Counted from the stretch's first letter, positions 9,838-20,290 are shown. The stretch: DNA of 64,000 nt from Hydrurus foetidus (GCA_900617105.1 UYFQ01000001.1:3286001-3350000), one strand, 5' to 3'. The notes: generated by a model not told the origin, from the letters alone. Translations and numbers: made by a program.

Positions 9838-9897
9838 CAGCAAGGCTCTCAGGCCTTGATCAGCGTCGCGCTGCAGCTTGAGCGTTGAGCTCAAATC

Positions 9898-9952
9898 TGC
9901 TACTGTATCAGTAGCTGCTAGCGCACGTATTTATTGGGCTGAAGCCGTATTC
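9898..9952 (+). repeat. Dispersed 55-bp repeat, copy 3 (overlaps the alkB-like stop)
   Basis: tgctactgtatcagtagctgctagcgcacgtatttattgggctgaagccgtattc. Confidence 0.9.
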
Positions 9953-10998
9953 ATGTCGTTTTCTGACGTTACGGACAACTTTGCAAGCCGTGCGTGCATC
10001 ACGGCAAACCACACTGGCGGAATCATCGCCAACAGCAAGCAACCCGCATAGCCGGTGGGCAATTGCGGCCCAGGCAGTGGCTCCAAAGTAGCGTAGGGCT
10101 TCCATGCGTGCATGTGGTGGTCTGAGTGGCGCTGCAAGTTGGCCAGCATCGAATTGGTGGCCACGTGGTCGGCGTTCCAGGCGTGCATCATGCCAAAGGC
10201 TTCGCGCTTGCCGTTGGTGGTGTTGCGCTGCAAACCGTAGTGCTCGATGTAGTTAACGATTTCTAGCAGCAAAAATCCTACAACTGATTGAAGTACAAAA
10301 AACGCTATTACTTTAGGAGCTGCTTGCGCCGGTAAAAATAGGGCTGCAGCTACTATTGCCGTTATTGATACGGCTGTGCTCCACGCCAGAGGGCTGCGCA
10401 GCCAGCTGCTTTTCATTTGCTTGATGCGCCGCGTCTCAAGCTGCCAGCCGCTTTTCAGACTGCCCCACAACGTGCGCGGCAAAAAGCGATACAAACTCTC
10501 CCCAAAGCGAGAGGTTGCCGCATCGTTGTGCGTGGCAGCGCGCGGGTGGTGGCCGCGATAATGCTCCACCATGAAGTGGCCGTAGCACACGCTGGTCATC
10601 AACACCCAGCCGCACAAGCGGTCGATTTTTGATTTGCTGTGGCCCAGATCATGCGCAAAGGTAATGCCCTGCGAGCCAGTGATAAACCCCACGCTGAACG
10701 CCATGCCCAGCACAGTTACCCAATCGGCCTGCATGGCGGCATAAGCGCCTGCGCCAATCAGTGCCAGCTGCAGCAACACATACAGCCGCAGTACGGCGCT
10801 GAAATACGTCATGCGCGTGTTCGCGTCAATCGCAGCCGGCGAGCGCTTACCGCCCGGCATCATCACGTCTACCAGCGCAATGCCCCACCAGATGGCGAGC
10901 GTCCACAACGCTGCCTGCGTAGGCAAGAACGTCACGCTATAAATACTTAACGCTGGCAGTAGCCAAGCTACTAGAAATCGGAGGTCTGATATGCGCAT
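9931..10998 (-). CDS. alkB: Alkane 1-monooxygenase-like membrane di-iron hydroxylase
   Basis: His boxes HDLGH, EHYRGHH, NYIEHYG, LQRHSDHH; PQLPTGY. Confidence 0.85.
   Translation of the reverse strand: MRISDLRFLVAWLLPALSIYSVTFLPTQAALWTLAIWWGIALVDVMMPGGKRSPAAIDANTRMTYFSAVLRLYVLLQLALIGAGAYAAMQADWVTVLGMAFSVGFITGSQGITFAHDLGHSKSKIDRLCGWVLMTSVCYGHFMVEHYRGHHPRAATHNDAATSRFGESLYRFLPRTLWGSLKSGWQLETRRIKQMKSSWLRSPLAWSTAVSITAIVAAALFLPAQAAPKVIAFFVLQSVVGFLLLEIVNYIEHYGLQRNTTNGKREAFGMMHAWNADHVATNSMLANLQRHSDHHMHAWKPYATLEPLPGPQLPTGYAGCLLLAMIPPVWFAVMHARLAKLSVTSENDMNTASAQ
10303..10357 (+). repeat. Dispersed 55-bp repeat, copy 4 (in frame, antisense, in the alkB-like gene)
   Basis: cgctattactttaggagctgcttgcgccggtaaaaatagggctgcagctactatt; the gene reads AAALFLPAQAAPKVIA. 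Confidence 0.78.
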
Positions 10999-11093
10999 AG
11001 CGTCAAGATCCCATAAAGTGTCAGCGTCTGCAAGGGCAGATAGCCCTAAAACCCCGGCTCTTGCCAGGGGGTTATGAAGCTCTCTTTGACGCC

Positions 11094-12326
11094 TTAGCGA
11101 CCCAGTTCTTTGAGGTAAATCGCTCGGGCAGCCAGCGCCGTGTCGCCAAAGTCGCTGAACAAGCCATCCAGCCCAAGGCGGTAAAACTGTAAGTATTCAG
11201 CCACTGGGTCGCCTTTGTAGTCCAGCGCGAGGCGGCGTGCCTCGTTGCGAAAGGTGTAAGCGTGCACAAACAAACCCGCTTTGTGCGCATCGTCAATTAG
11301 CGTGGTGGGCGGCTGGGTACTAGCATCGGCGTAGTCGACTTTGCCGTCACCGTTCATATCCTTTAAGTTACCTGCTGCATCCAGCGTGCCTTTGATCGGC
11401 ACGATGTAAGGCTTCCACGGGCCAATGCCGTCGGCGTATTGCTTGATTTCAGCCAGGCCAGCAGGCGTGACCATCGCGCTGAACAAGCGGGTATCGCCCA
11501 TCAAAAACCAGTCATACGGCCGGTCGTAAGGCGCGGCGAAGGTCAGCTTGCCGGTTTTCAGATCGTAGTCATCGGCATCGATCAGCTGGATCAGTTTGGT
11601 CTGCAAGCCTTTGGCCTTCATTTGCTTTAAGCTGCTGGGCTCAAAACTCTGTACGTACACCGGCGAGGTTTTGTTGTTCCAGCCAGCAGCCGTGATGATG
11701 GCAATGAGCTTGTCTTCAAGCGGCAAGCCAAGCGCGCGGTGGTAGCTGGGATTTTTGGTTTCTGGGTAAACGGCAATCGTGCGGCCCAGCTGCGTGCTGC
11801 GCAGCTTGACAAAATCGACCAGCTCCTGAAACGTGATGACTTTGAACTTGCCGTCATTGCTTTTGTCGCGGGTAGCGTCGGTGGTGATGATGGCCCCTAG
11901 CGTTTTAATTTCAGCCAGCGTGAAGTCACTGGCGAACCAGCCAGTTTGAGTTTCACCATCGACCTGGGTGGTCTTTTTACGGCTCGCAAATTCTGGCCGC
12001 TTGGCCACGTCGGTGCTGAAGTCCAGGTTCGGGTCATGCCGCGCAATCAGCACACCGTCCTTGGTGCTGACCAGATCGGGTTCAACCACATCAGCGCCAA
12101 AATCAATCGCACGGGCATAGGCTTCAAGTGTTTCTTCGGGTAAAGCACCCGAAGCGCCCCGGTGGGCGATCACGATGGGCTGAAGGTTGTCCAACGTTTT
12201 AAAAGGCAGTGGCGCACTGCTGCCAACGCTAACACCGCTGCCACCGCCGCAAGCGGCCAATGTCAACAAGGCTGCGCTGAAAACAAGCGACAAGCGCACG
12301 GCGCGCTTGGGGTAGTTGATCGACAT
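11094..12326 (-). CDS. Glycerophosphodiester phosphodiesterase (lipoprotein)
   Basis: IAHRGASG, EPDLV.TKDG.LIARHD, YPETK, QSFE; LAAC lipobox; start moved to 12326. Confidence 0.93.
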   Translation of the reverse strand: MSINYPKRAVRLSLVFSAALLTLAACGGGSGVSVGSSAPLPFKTLDNLQPIVIAHRGASGALPEETLEAYARAIDFGADVVEPDLVSTKDGVLIARHDPNLDFSTDVAKRPEFASRKKTTQVDGETQTGWFASDFTLAEIKTLGAIITTDATRDKSNDGKFKVITFQELVDFVKLRSTQLGRTIAVYPETKNPSYHRALGLPLEDKLIAIITAAGWNNKTSPVYVQSFEPSSLKQMKAKGLQTKLIQLIDADDYDLKTGKLTFAAPYDRPYDWFLMGDTRLFSAMVTPAGLAEIKQYADGIGPWKPYIVPIKGTLDAAGNLKDMNGDGKVDYADASTQPPTTLIDDAHKAGLFVHAYTFRNEARRLALDYKGDPVAEYLQFYRLGLDGLFSDFGDTALAARAIYLKELGR

Positions 12327-12369
12327 GTTGAATTCCCATAATATTTTGAGAATTACAGTGTCAGGTTTG

Positions 12370-12391
12370 TTTGTGACAGATTTTTGAAAGA
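12370..12391 (-). promoter_or_regulatory. Putative Pho box
   Basis: Minus strand gtcttcaaaaa-tctgtcacaaa: two 11-bp units with TCA in phase, upstream of the phosphodiesterase. Confidence 0.5.
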
Positions 12392-12436
12392 CTGCCGGTC
12401 GCTCAAAAACCTGATTTATACCGCCCGCCGCCGCCC

Positions 12437-13366
12437 TCAGCGCCTCTTTGCCAGCCCGCCCAGCATCACGCAGGCCAGCGCAGCCACCACCAGCGCAATA
12501 CCGACCCATTGCCAGGTCGTGATGCTTTCGCCCAGTACCAGTATGCCGGTGGCCAGCCCGACGACTGGCACGCCCAGACTAAAAGGCGCTACTTTATTGG
12601 CGGGGTGGTGTTTGAGCAAGCCTGTCCACAGGCTGTAGCCCAGCACAGTGGCTATCCAGCCCAGATAGGCCACAGCCAGCCAGCTTGACTCGCGTGCGTC
12701 AAGCCACTGCCAGCGAATGTCTGGTGCGTCAAAGGCCATCGACAAAGCTATAAAAGGCACGATGGCCACTGAGCTGCTCCACACCACAAATGCCACGGGC
12801 GAATAGTGGGTGTAGAGCTGCTGCACGCGCCGCGCCACGATGTTAGACATGGCCCACATGGCTGCGGCGCACAGCGTTAGCGCAAAACCCAGAAGCGTGG
12901 TGGCGTTGCCAGCTCCAGCTTTAAGGTTGACGTAATTCAATGCAAAGCAACCCAGCCCCAGCGCAGCCAGCAACATGCCCACTTGCAGCGGCTTGTTGGC
13001 ACGTTCGTGCAGCAGCACAAAGCCAAACAGGGCAGTAAAAAACACCTGGGTTTGCAGCAGTACTGATGCAAGTGAAGCGGTCATGCCGACCTTGAGCGCC
13101 GTGAACAAAATACCGAACTGCCCCACGCCCTGAAAAGCGCCATACAGCAGCACCCATTTCCAGTGGATGCGCGGCGGCTTTATCAGCAGGATAAGCGGCA
13201 ACACCGCAAACACATAGCGCGCGGCACCCAGTTGAAAAGGGCTGAAGTCACGCAGCGCAAACTTCATGACGACGAAGTTCAGTCCCCACACCACCACCAC
13301 GACAAGTGCAGCCAGCAGGTCGCGACGCGTCAGGGAATCGCTTTTCACGTTATCGATTTGAGTCAA
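12437..13366 (-). CDS. EamA family exporter
   Basis: WGLNFVVMK, QFGILF, PFSLGVPV; start uncertain (TTG 13366 or GTG 13348). Confidence 0.9.
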   Translation of the reverse strand: MTQIDNVKSDSLTRRDLLAALVVVVVWGLNFVVMKFALRDFSPFQLGAARYVFAVLPLILLIKPPRIHWKWVLLYGAFQGVGQFGILFTALKVGMTASLASVLLQTQVFFTALFGFVLLHERANKPLQVGMLLAALGLGCFALNYVNLKAGAGNATTLLGFALTLCAAAMWAMSNIVARRVQQLYTHYSPVAFVVWSSSVAIVPFIALSMAFDAPDIRWQWLDARESSWLAVAYLGWIATVLGYSLWTGLLKHHPANKVAPFSLGVPVVGLATGILVLGESITTWQWVGIALVVAALACVMLGGLAKRR

Positions 13367-13372
13367 GCAAAT

Positions 13373-13822
13373 TTAGGCCATTGGCTGCGAGGCTCTGGCC
13401 AAATCAATATGGGTTTTGACATATTGCGCCAGCGCCACATCGCCGGGAGTTTCGGGTTGCCAGGTGTCAATCGGCAGTGCTCTACCGTCCAGGTCAACCG
13501 CTACAAAAACCGCCACGCATTCGGTGATCTTTTCCATCGGGCCAACCTTCATGTCACCAGCGCGCACCTCGACTGACATGTTCATGCTGGTCGTGCCGGT
13601 GTAAGCCAGGCGTGCCTCAACCTCCACCAGGCCGCCCATCATGATGGGCTTTTGAAACCGAATGCTGCCGACCGACACCGTGACGCAATGGCGCTTGGCC
13701 CAGCGCGTAGCGCATGCGTGACCCGCTTCGTCAATCCATTTCATGACAGTGCCGCCAGGCACCTTGCCGCCAAAGTTGACGGCGCTGGGTTCGGCTAGGA
13801 AGCGCAGGATGATTGACGACAT
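13373..13822 (-). CDS. Acyl-CoA thioesterase (hotdog fold)
   Basis: NFGGKVPGG.VMKWIDEAG, YTGTTSM; GGAG RBS. Confidence 0.9.
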   Translation of the reverse strand: MSSIILRFLAEPSAVNFGGKVPGGTVMKWIDEAGHACATRWAKRHCVTVSVGSIRFQKPIMMGGLVEVEARLAYTGTTSMNMSVEVRAGDMKVGPMEKITECVAVFVAVDLDGRALPIDTWQPETPGDVALAQYVKTHIDLARASQPMA

Positions 13823-13841
13823 ATTTTTCTCCTGGGAGTTT

Positions 13842-13896
13842 TGCTATTTAAAAAATAGCTGCTAGCGCCAATAATCATTGGGCTACAGCTTTTTTT
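13842..13896 (+). repeat. Dispersed 55-bp repeat, copy 5
   Basis: tgctatttaaaaaatagctgctagcgccaataatcattgggctacagcttttttt. Confidence 0.9.
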
Positions 13897-13993
13897 AACG
13901 AGGCAGACAACAACAGCGCCAAATACTGTCCGGTACGGCTATCAGAGTTGGCGGCAATATCTTCCGGAGTTCCCACACCCATCGCCATGCCGC
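13875..13993 (-). pseudogene. Displaced duplicate of the uvrA 3' end
   Basis: [29 protein letters not shown] versus Uvr[30 protein letters not shown]; 68/89 nt identical to 15303-15391 (hand count). Confidence 0.88.
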
Positions 13994-14080
13994 AGCTTAC
14001 TGTAAGTCGGTTAGTTAAGGTAACCCGAAAATTTCCAAAAACTTCCAATCCATCAAATGACATGGCAGCGGGTAATCCGA

Positions 14081-14308
14081 CTATAAATTTTGAACTTTTG
14101 CGATCAATTCAGAGGCGCTCGCTTCCAGCGCGTCGCACCAAGATACGAAGTCGATTACATCCAGATATCGCTCTCCAGTTTCAACTTTTGATACAAAAGA
14201 TTGAACCTTATGCAACGACTGCGCCAATTCGTACTGCGTCAAGCCTGCCCGCAACCTGGCATCCACCAATTCTTGGCGAAGGGCAATGTAGCGGGGTTTA
14301 TAAAGCAC
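14081..14308 (-). CDS. XRE-family helix-turn-helix regulator
   Basis: AGLTQYELA...QSFVSKVETGERYLDV; start uncertain. Confidence 0.8.
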   Translation of the reverse strand: MLYKPRYIALRQELVDARLRAGLTQYELAQSLHKVQSFVSKVETGERYLDVIDFVSWCDALEASASELIAKVQNL

Positions 14309-14321
14309 AAAATCATGGTAA

Positions 14322-14352
14322 ATTCCGATTCGGAATATCCCATTTTGGAATA
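14322..14352. promoter_or_regulatory. Tandem palindromic operators between the XRE gene and the lipoprotein gene
   Basis: attccga-t-tcggaat immediately followed by tatccca-ttt-tggaata. Confidence 0.5.
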
Positions 14353-14400
14353 ATTTTTACATTCCACGCAGTTTTTACATATTTATAAAAGGGAAAAATT

Positions 14401-15171
14401 ATGAGTTTTGTACGTTCCGGCCTTGCGCTTTTCGCTTCAATATCTTTACTCGCGGCCTGCGGCGGTGGAGGCTCATCAACACCAGCGGCGGTCACGCCGC
14501 CAGTCTCCAAAATTGAAGGCTTTTACGCGGGAAACGTTTCAAGCGGTAAACAATTTCAATTGCTAGCCTTGGAAAATGATCAGGTGTATGCCTTGATTGG
14601 CAACACAAACGCGGCGGGCTATTTCGTCATAAGCAGTTTTATAGAGGGTTTGGGGACCTCAGCTAACGGCAGTTTCTCCGTTGCGAACGCGAAAGAGTAC
14701 CTCCCCAACGGACAAGCTTTAACTGGCAACGTCACCGGTACGTTTAGCCCCCGCGCAACGATTATGGGAACAGTGCAGTCCCCGTCGGGTACCGCAAGCT
14801 TTACCGGTACCGCTCCAGCAGCATCCTCCTATAACTACGATGTGGCCACGCCCATCAGCGCTATTGCAGGCAATTGGTCCGGTACGTCGCTGGCTGGTGA
14901 AGCAAATCCTTTCGCAATTACAGCCTCAGGTGCCATAAGCGGGCGATCCGCTCTAGGCTGCACTTTTACTGGCACGGCGGCCCCAAGAGCCTCTGGTAAA
15001 AATGTATTTGACGTCACCATTACCTTTGGCCCTGCACCCTGCGTGCTGCCCGCCGCCCTGGTCACTGGCGGTGCAGTCACCAACTTGATACCCGATGGGC
15101 GGCGACAGCTAATCGTTGCCCTGACCAATTCTGGCCGCACCGCAGGAACGGTTATCGTCGCCCAACGCTAA
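14401..15171 (+). CDS. Hypothetical lipoprotein, Gly/Ser/Thr-rich, probably beta-rich
   Basis: LLAACGGGG lipobox, GCTFTG...CVL; AT-richer than its neighbours. Confidence 0.8.
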   Translation: MSFVRSGLALFASISLLAACGGGGSSTPAAVTPPVSKIEGFYAGNVSSGKQFQLLALENDQVYALIGNTNAAGYFVISSFIEGLGTSANGSFSVANAKEYLPNGQALTGNVTGTFSPRATIMGTVQSPSGTASFTGTAPAASSYNYDVATPISAIAGNWSGTSLAGEANPFAITASGAISGRSALGCTFTGTAAPRASGKNVFDVTITFGPAPCVLPAALVTGGAVTNLIPDGRRQLIVALTNSGRTAGTVIVAQR

Positions 15172-15299
15172 AGCACTGCCACAAAGATTAACCATGATGT
15201 AGTCGTCAACCCGATTACATCATGCGTGGCGCTCAAGCGCGAGTTGCTAAGCATTTGTGCTCAAAAATCTTCCCCATTTTTACTCGAGTCGCGGCGCTA

Positions 15300-18200
15300 T
15301 TAAGACAACAACCGCTTCAAATACAGCCCCGTGTGGCTGTCAGCATTCGCCGCAATGTCCTCTGGCGTGCCCACGCCCACCACCATGCCGCCGCCCGCGC
15401 CGCCCTCGGGCCCCATGTCAATCAGCCAGTCGGCGGTTTTGATCACGTCCAGGTTGTGCTCAATCACCACAATTGTGTTGCCCGCGTCGCGCAGTTGGTG
15501 CAGCACTTTGAGCAGCAGGTCAATATCGGCAAAGTGCAGGCCGGTGGTCGGTTCGTCCAGTATGTACAGCGTGCGGCCGGTGTCTTTCTTGCTCAGCTCA
15601 AGTGCTAGCTTGACGCGCTGCGCCTCGCCGCCCGACAGCGTGGTCGCGGCCTGGCCGAGCTTGATGTAGCTCAGGCCTACATCGAGCAGCGTGTGCAGCT
15701 TGCGGGCAATGGTGGGCACGGCTTTGAAAAACTCGGCGGCAGCTTCTACCGTCAAGTCCAAAATTTGCGCAATGTTTTTGCCTTTGTACTGCACCTCCAG
15801 CGTTTCGCGGTTGTAGCGCATGCCTTTGCATACGTCGCATGGCACATACACGTCGGGCAAAAAGTGCATTTCAACTTTTACCACGCCGTCGCCCTGGCAG
15901 GCCTCGCAGCGGCCGCCCGCCACGTTGAAGCTGAAGCGGCCCGCACCATACCCACGCTCACGCGCGGTGTTCATTTCAGCCAGCAGCTCGCGAATGGGCG
16001 TGAACAAACCTGTGTAGGTAGCCGGGTTGCTGCGCGGGGTGCGGCCAATCGGGGACTGGTCAACGTTGATGACTTTGTCAAACTGCTCAATGCCCTCGAT
16101 CGCCTCGTGCGTGGCGGGCTCTTCATGCGCGCGGTACAGCGTGCGAGCCACGGCGGCGTAAAGCGTGTCGTTCACCAGTGTTGATTTGCCTGAGCCGGAC
16201 ACACCGGTTACGCAAGTGAACAAACCCACCGGGAATTCAACGCTGACGCTTTTCAGGTTGTGGCCGCTGGCGTTGATGACCCGCAGTGCCTGCATGTCGC
16301 CCAGCGTGGCCTGGTGCTGGGCTTCGCGCGCTGCGCGGCGCTCGTATGCCGGGCTGGGTGCAAAACGCATGGGTTTTTTAAGCGTGAAAGCGTTTTCTTT
16401 TTTCACTGTCGGCAGCCAGGCGGTGCGGTGCGTGGGCACCGCGATTTTCAACGTTTGCGCGAGGTATTTGCCCGTCAATGAATTCGGGTTGTCACGCACC
16501 TGCTCGTACGTGCCTTGCGCCATCACGCGCCCGCCGTGTACGCCCGCACCCGGCCCCATGTCAATGACGTGGTCAGCCGCGCGAATCATGTCTTCGTCGT
16601 GCTCAACCACCAACACGCTGTTGCCAATGTCACGCAGGTGCTTGAGGGTGCCGATCAAGCGGTCGTTGTCGCGCTGGTGCAGGCCAATGCTGGGCTCGTC
16701 CAATACATACATCACGCCGGTCAGGCCGGAGCCGATTTGTGATGCCAGGCGAATGCGCTGGGATTCGCCGCCCGACAGCGTTTCAGCACTGCGGTCCAAG
16801 CTCAAATAGTTCAGCCCTACGTCGTTCAAGAACTTCAGGCGCAAGCCAATCTCGCGCACCACTTTGCCCGCAATCTCGCCTTTGGCACCAGACATTTTGA
16901 GCTGGTCAAAATAGGCAAAGCTCTCGCGCAGCGTGATGCGGCTGATGTCAAAAATGGCGCGCTTGGTTACCGTGCCGTCGGCTTCTGGCGAGCCGACCAA
17001 ATACACATGCCTTGCCTCCACCCGCAGGCGCGTGCCGTGGCAGTCGGGGCAGGGCTGCACACTGCGGTAGCGGCCCAGCTCGTCGCGCACCACGCTCGAA
17101 TCGGTCTCGCGGTAGCGGCGTTCAAAGTTGGTGATGACGCCTTCAAACGGGTGCTTTTTGTTGACTTTTTTACCTTGCGACGCACCCGAATCCATCACGT
17201 ACGAAAACTTGATTTCCTCATCGCCCGAGCCGTACAGCACCACCTGTTGCACGTTGGCGGGCAAGTTTTCAAACGCGGTTTCAATGTCAAACGCGTAGTG
17301 CTTGGCAAGGCTTTCCAGCATCGAAAAATAGTAGCCATTGCGCCTGTCCCAGCCCTTGACCGCACCGCTGGCCAGGCTGAGCGAAGGAAAGGCGACGATG
17401 CGTGCCGGGTCAAAAAACTCTTTGTGGCCCAAACCGTCGCAGCTCGGGCAAGCGCCTACGGGCGAGTTAAATGAAAACAGGCGCGGCTCCATTTCAGCCA
17501 GCGAATAGCTGCACACCGGGCAAGAGAACTTGGCGCTGAACAAATGCTCTTTTCCCGTGTCCATTTCCAGCGCCAGCGCCTTGCTGTCGGCCAGACGCAG
17601 CGCGGCTTCAAAGCTTTCGGCCAGGCGTTGCTGCATGTCGGCTTTGACTTTGATGCGGTCAATCACCACATCGATGTTGTGCTTTTCAGTTTTTTTGAGC
17701 TTGGGCAATTCGTCAAACTCATACGTCGCGCCGTCGACCCGAAAGCGCACGTAACCTTGCGATTGCATCTCAGCAAAAAGCTCTACAAACTCACCTTTCT
17801 TTTCACGCGCCACGGGCGCCAAAATCATCAGCTTGGTGTCTTCGGGCAGCGCCAAAACGGTGTCAACCATTTCACTCACGCTTTGGGCTTGCAGCGCCAA
17901 ATCGTGCTCGGGGCAAAACGGCGTGCCCGCGCGTGCAAAAAGCAGGCGCAAATAATCGTGAATTTCAGTAACTGTGCCCACGGTAGAGCGTGGGTTGTGT
18001 GACGTGGCTTTTTGCTCAATCGAAATCGCAGGCGACAAACCTTCAATCATGTCGACATCAGGTTTGTCCATCAGCTGCAAAAACTGCCGTGCATAGGTGC
18101 TCAAGCTTTCAACGTAGCGGCGCTGGCCTTCGGCGTACAGCGTGTCAAACGCGAGTGATGATTTGCCGGAGCCGCTCAAACCCGTGATCACCACCAGCTG

Positions 18201-18317
18201 GTTACGCGGAATATCGAGGTCGATGTTTTTCAGGTTGTGCGTGCGCGCACCGCGAATGCTGATCCGCTGCTGAGCCAGCGCGGTAGCCAAGTATTTGCTG
18301 TCGTTGGGAGAGTTCAA
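15300..18317 (-). CDS. uvrA: Excinuclease ABC subunit A
   Basis: Two ABC cassettes ([23 protein letters not shown]) and zinc fingers; start TTG 18317 or ATG 18350. Confidence 0.98.
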   Translation of the reverse strand: MNSPNDSKYLATALAQQRISIRGARTHNLKNIDLDIPRNQLVVITGLSGSGKSSLAFDTLYAEGQRRYVESLSTYARQFLQLMDKPDVDMIEGLSPAISIEQKATSHNPRSTVGTVTEIHDYLRLLFARAGTPFCPEHDLALQAQSVSEMVDTVLALPEDTKLMILAPVAREKKGEFVELFAEMQSQGYVRFRVDGATYEFDELPKLKKTEKHNIDVVIDRIKVKADMQQRLAESFEAALRLADSKALALEMDTGKEHLFSAKFSCPVCSYSLAEMEPRLFSFNSPVGACPSCDGLGHKEFFDPARIVAFPSLSLASGAVKGWDRRNGYYFSMLESLAKHYAFDIETAFENLPANVQQVVLYGSGDEEIKFSYVMDSGASQGKKVNKKHPFEGVITNFERRYRETDSSVVRDELGRYRSVQPCPDCHGTRLRVEARHVYLVGSPEADGTVTKRAIFDISRITLRESFAYFDQLKMSGAKGEIAGKVVREIGLRLKFLNDVGLNYLSLDRSAETLSGGESQRIRLASQIGSGLTGVMYVLDEPSIGLHQRDNDRLIGTLKHLRDIGNSVLVVEHDEDMIRAADHVIDMGPGAGVHGGRVMAQGTYEQVRDNPNSLTGKYLAQTLKIAVPTHRTAWLPTVKKENAFTLKKPMRFAPSPAYERRAAREAQHQATLGDMQALRVINASGHNLKSVSVEFPVGLFTCVTGVSGSGKSTLVNDTLYAAVARTLYRAHEEPATHEAIEGIEQFDKVINVDQSPIGRTPRSNPATYTGLFTPIRELLAEMNTARERGYGAGRFSFNVAGGRCEACQGDGVVKVEMHFLPDVYVPCDVCKGMRYNRETLEVQYKGKNIAQILDLTVEAAAEFFKAVPTIARKLHTLLDVGLSYIKLGQAATTLSGGEAQRVKLALELSKKDTGRTLYILDEPTTGLHFADIDLLLKVLHQLRDAGNTIVVIEHNLDVIKTADWLIDMGPEGGAGGGMVVGVGTPEDIAANADSHTGLYLKRLLS

Positions 18318-18421
18318 GGTGGCGATAGTTTTAGGGCAACCTTTAATCATAGACCCAAGCCGCCTTTTCGGCAGGGCTGGGGTCAGGCGGGTAAACTGGG
18401 CGAAACCTCGGAGAACACACC

Positions 18422-18913
18422 ATGGCATCGATCAACAAAGTCATCATCGTCGGCAACCTGGGCAAAGACCCCGAGATGCGCAGCTTTCCTAACGGCGACC
18501 AGATCGCCAACGTGTCGATTGCCACTACCGACCGCTGGAAAGACAAAACCAGCGGCGAAATGAAAGAGGCCACCGAGTGGCACCGCATCAACTTCAATGG
18601 CCGCCTGGCTGAAATTGTGGGCCAGTACCTGAAAAAAGGCTCGCAGGTGTACGTGGAAGGCAGCCTGCGCACCCGCAAGTGGACCGACAAAGACGGCGTC
18701 GAAAAATTCACCACCGAAATTCGCGCCGATCAAATGCAGATGCTGGGTAGCCGCCAAGGCATGGGCGGTGGCTCGCCAGACGGTGACGATGGCGGCAGCA
18801 GCAACTACAGCGCCCCGCGCGCGGCCCCGGCTGCTCGACCTGCAGCGGCCAAACCCGCGGCCGCCAAGGCTGCCAGTGGGTTTGACGATATGGATGACGA
18901 CATTCCGTTTTAA
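18422..18913 (+). CDS. ssb: Single-stranded DNA-binding protein
   Basis: [16 protein letters not shown]-terminal DDDIPF. Confidence 0.98.
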   Translation: MASINKVIIVGNLGKDPEMRSFPNGDQIANVSIATTDRWKDKTSGEMKEATEWHRINFNGRLAEIVGQYLKKGSQVYVEGSLRTRKWTDKDGVEKFTTEIRADQMQMLGSRQGMGGGSPDGDDGGSSNYSAPRAAPAARPAAAKPAAAKAASGFDDMDDDIPF

Positions 18914-18958
18914 AGCCTTGAAAGCGAGGCAAGCCTGGTTTGCCTCGCTTAGAGCCTT

Positions 18959-18985
18959 AAAAAACCCGCTGCTGGCGGGTTTTTT
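18959..18985 (+). terminator. Intrinsic terminator, probably bidirectional
   Basis: aaaaaacccgc-tgctg-gcgggtttttt; a second hairpin lies at 18922-18950. Confidence 0.85.
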
Positions 18986-19016
18986 GTTGCCTGTTGATGG
19001 CGGTGAAGCAAATAAA

Positions 19017-19071
19017 TACTATAAATTTAGTAGCTGCTCGCGCCCGTATTAATTGGGCTAAAGCACAATTT
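19017..19071 (+). repeat. Dispersed 55-bp repeat, copy 6
   Basis: tactataaatttagtagctgctcgcgcccgtattaattgggctaaagcacaattt. Confidence 0.92.
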
Positions 19072-19096
19072 AGACCTTAAAAACAGCCTCGAAACA

Positions 19097-20266
19097 CTAT
19101 TGGGGCGTGTTTTGCACGTTGCTACTGTCAATCACGCCGCCGCCCAGGCACACCTCGCCGTCGTAGAGCACGGCTGATTGGCCCGGCGTCACGGCCCACT
19201 GGGCGCTAGAAAAGTGCAGATCGCAGGTGCCAAGTGTGGCGCTTTGCAGGGCGCACTCCGCATCCGCTTGGCGGTAGCGGGTTTTGGCCGCCAGCTCGCC
19301 CAGCGCAGGCGCGGCGCAAGCCACCCAGCTGCAGTCTAGCGCGCTGACCTCGGTTGACTGCAGCCAAGGATGGTCGTGGCCTTGCACTACCCACAGCGTG
19401 TTGGTCGCCATGTCTTTGCGGGCAACAAACCAAGGCGGGTGCTCGCCCGCGCCGCGCTGGCCTTGGGCTTGCAAGGCTTTCAGCTCGGCGCCTTTGGCTT
19501 TTACGCCGCCAATCCCTAAACCTTGGCGCTGGCCGAGCGTGTAAAAGCTCAAGCCTACGTGTTCGCCGAGCGTGCGGCCTTTGTCGCTTTTGATCGGGCC
19601 GGGCGCCTTAGCGATGTAGCGGTTTAGAAAGTCTCTGAACGGCCGCTCGCCAATGAAGCAAATGCCGGTGGAGTCTTTCTTTTTGGCGTTCGGCAGGCCG
19701 ATTTCGTCAGCGATACGGCGCACGTCGGTTTTTTTCAGCTCGCCCACCGGAAACAACGTTTTTGACAACTGCGCCTGGTTGAGGCGGTGCAAAAAATAGC
19801 TTTGGTCTTTGGCCGGGTCGAGGCCTTTTAGCAGTTCATGTAGCTGCGTGGCTTCGTTCAGCCGAACGCGGGCGTAGTGCCCGGTGGCAATCTTTTCTGC
19901 ACCCAGGCGCATGGCGTGGTCTAAAAACGCTTTGAACTTGATTTCGGCGTTGCACAAAATATCCGGGTTGGGCGTGCGGCCGGCTTCGTATTCACGCAAA
20001 AACTCGGCGAATACGCGGTCTTTGTAGTCTGCCGCAAAGTTGACGTGTTCAATTTCAATGCCCAGCACATCGGCTACGGCGGCGGCGTCGATGAAGTCAA
20101 CGTTTGATGAGCAGAACTCGTCTGAGTCATCGCCCTCCCAGTTTTTCATGAAGATGCCGATGACTTCATGGCCTTGCTGTTTGAGCAAATAGGCGGTGAC
20201 GGAGGAGTCAACGCCACCGCTCAGGCCGACTACTATGCGTTGTTTTGGTGTGGATTTCTGTCCCAT
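19097..20266 (-). CDS. mnmA: tRNA 2-thiouridylase
   Basis: [36 protein letters not shown]. Confidence 0.98.
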   Translation of the reverse strand: MGQKSTPKQRIVVGLSGGVDSSVTAYLLKQQGHEVIGIFMKNWEGDDSDEFCSSNVDFIDAAAVADVLGIEIEHVNFAADYKDRVFAEFLREYEAGRTPNPDILCNAEIKFKAFLDHAMRLGAEKIATGHYARVRLNEATQLHELLKGLDPAKDQSYFLHRLNQAQLSKTLFPVGELKKTDVRRIADEIGLPNAKKKDSTGICFIGERPFRDFLNRYIAKAPGPIKSDKGRTLGEHVGLSFYTLGQRQGLGIGGVKAKGAELKALQAQGQRGAGEHPPWFVARKDMATNTLWVVQGHDHPWLQSTEVSALDCSWVACAAPALGELAAKTRYRQADAECALQSATLGTCDLHFSSAQWAVTPGQSAVLYDGEVCLGGGVIDSSNVQNTPQ

Positions 20267-20290
20267 GTGGTGATTATCGTATTTAATGCA

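Noticed and set aside
11048..11074. Hairpin between the phosphodiesterase and alkB-like genes
   Set aside because: A plausible minus-strand terminator, but the stem is bulged and the U-tract short, so it is too weak to call.
13875..14063. 62-aa ORF as an independent gene
   Set aside because: Its C-terminal half is the uvrA remnant plus repeat-derived residues, and the N-terminal half looks like non-coding read-through.
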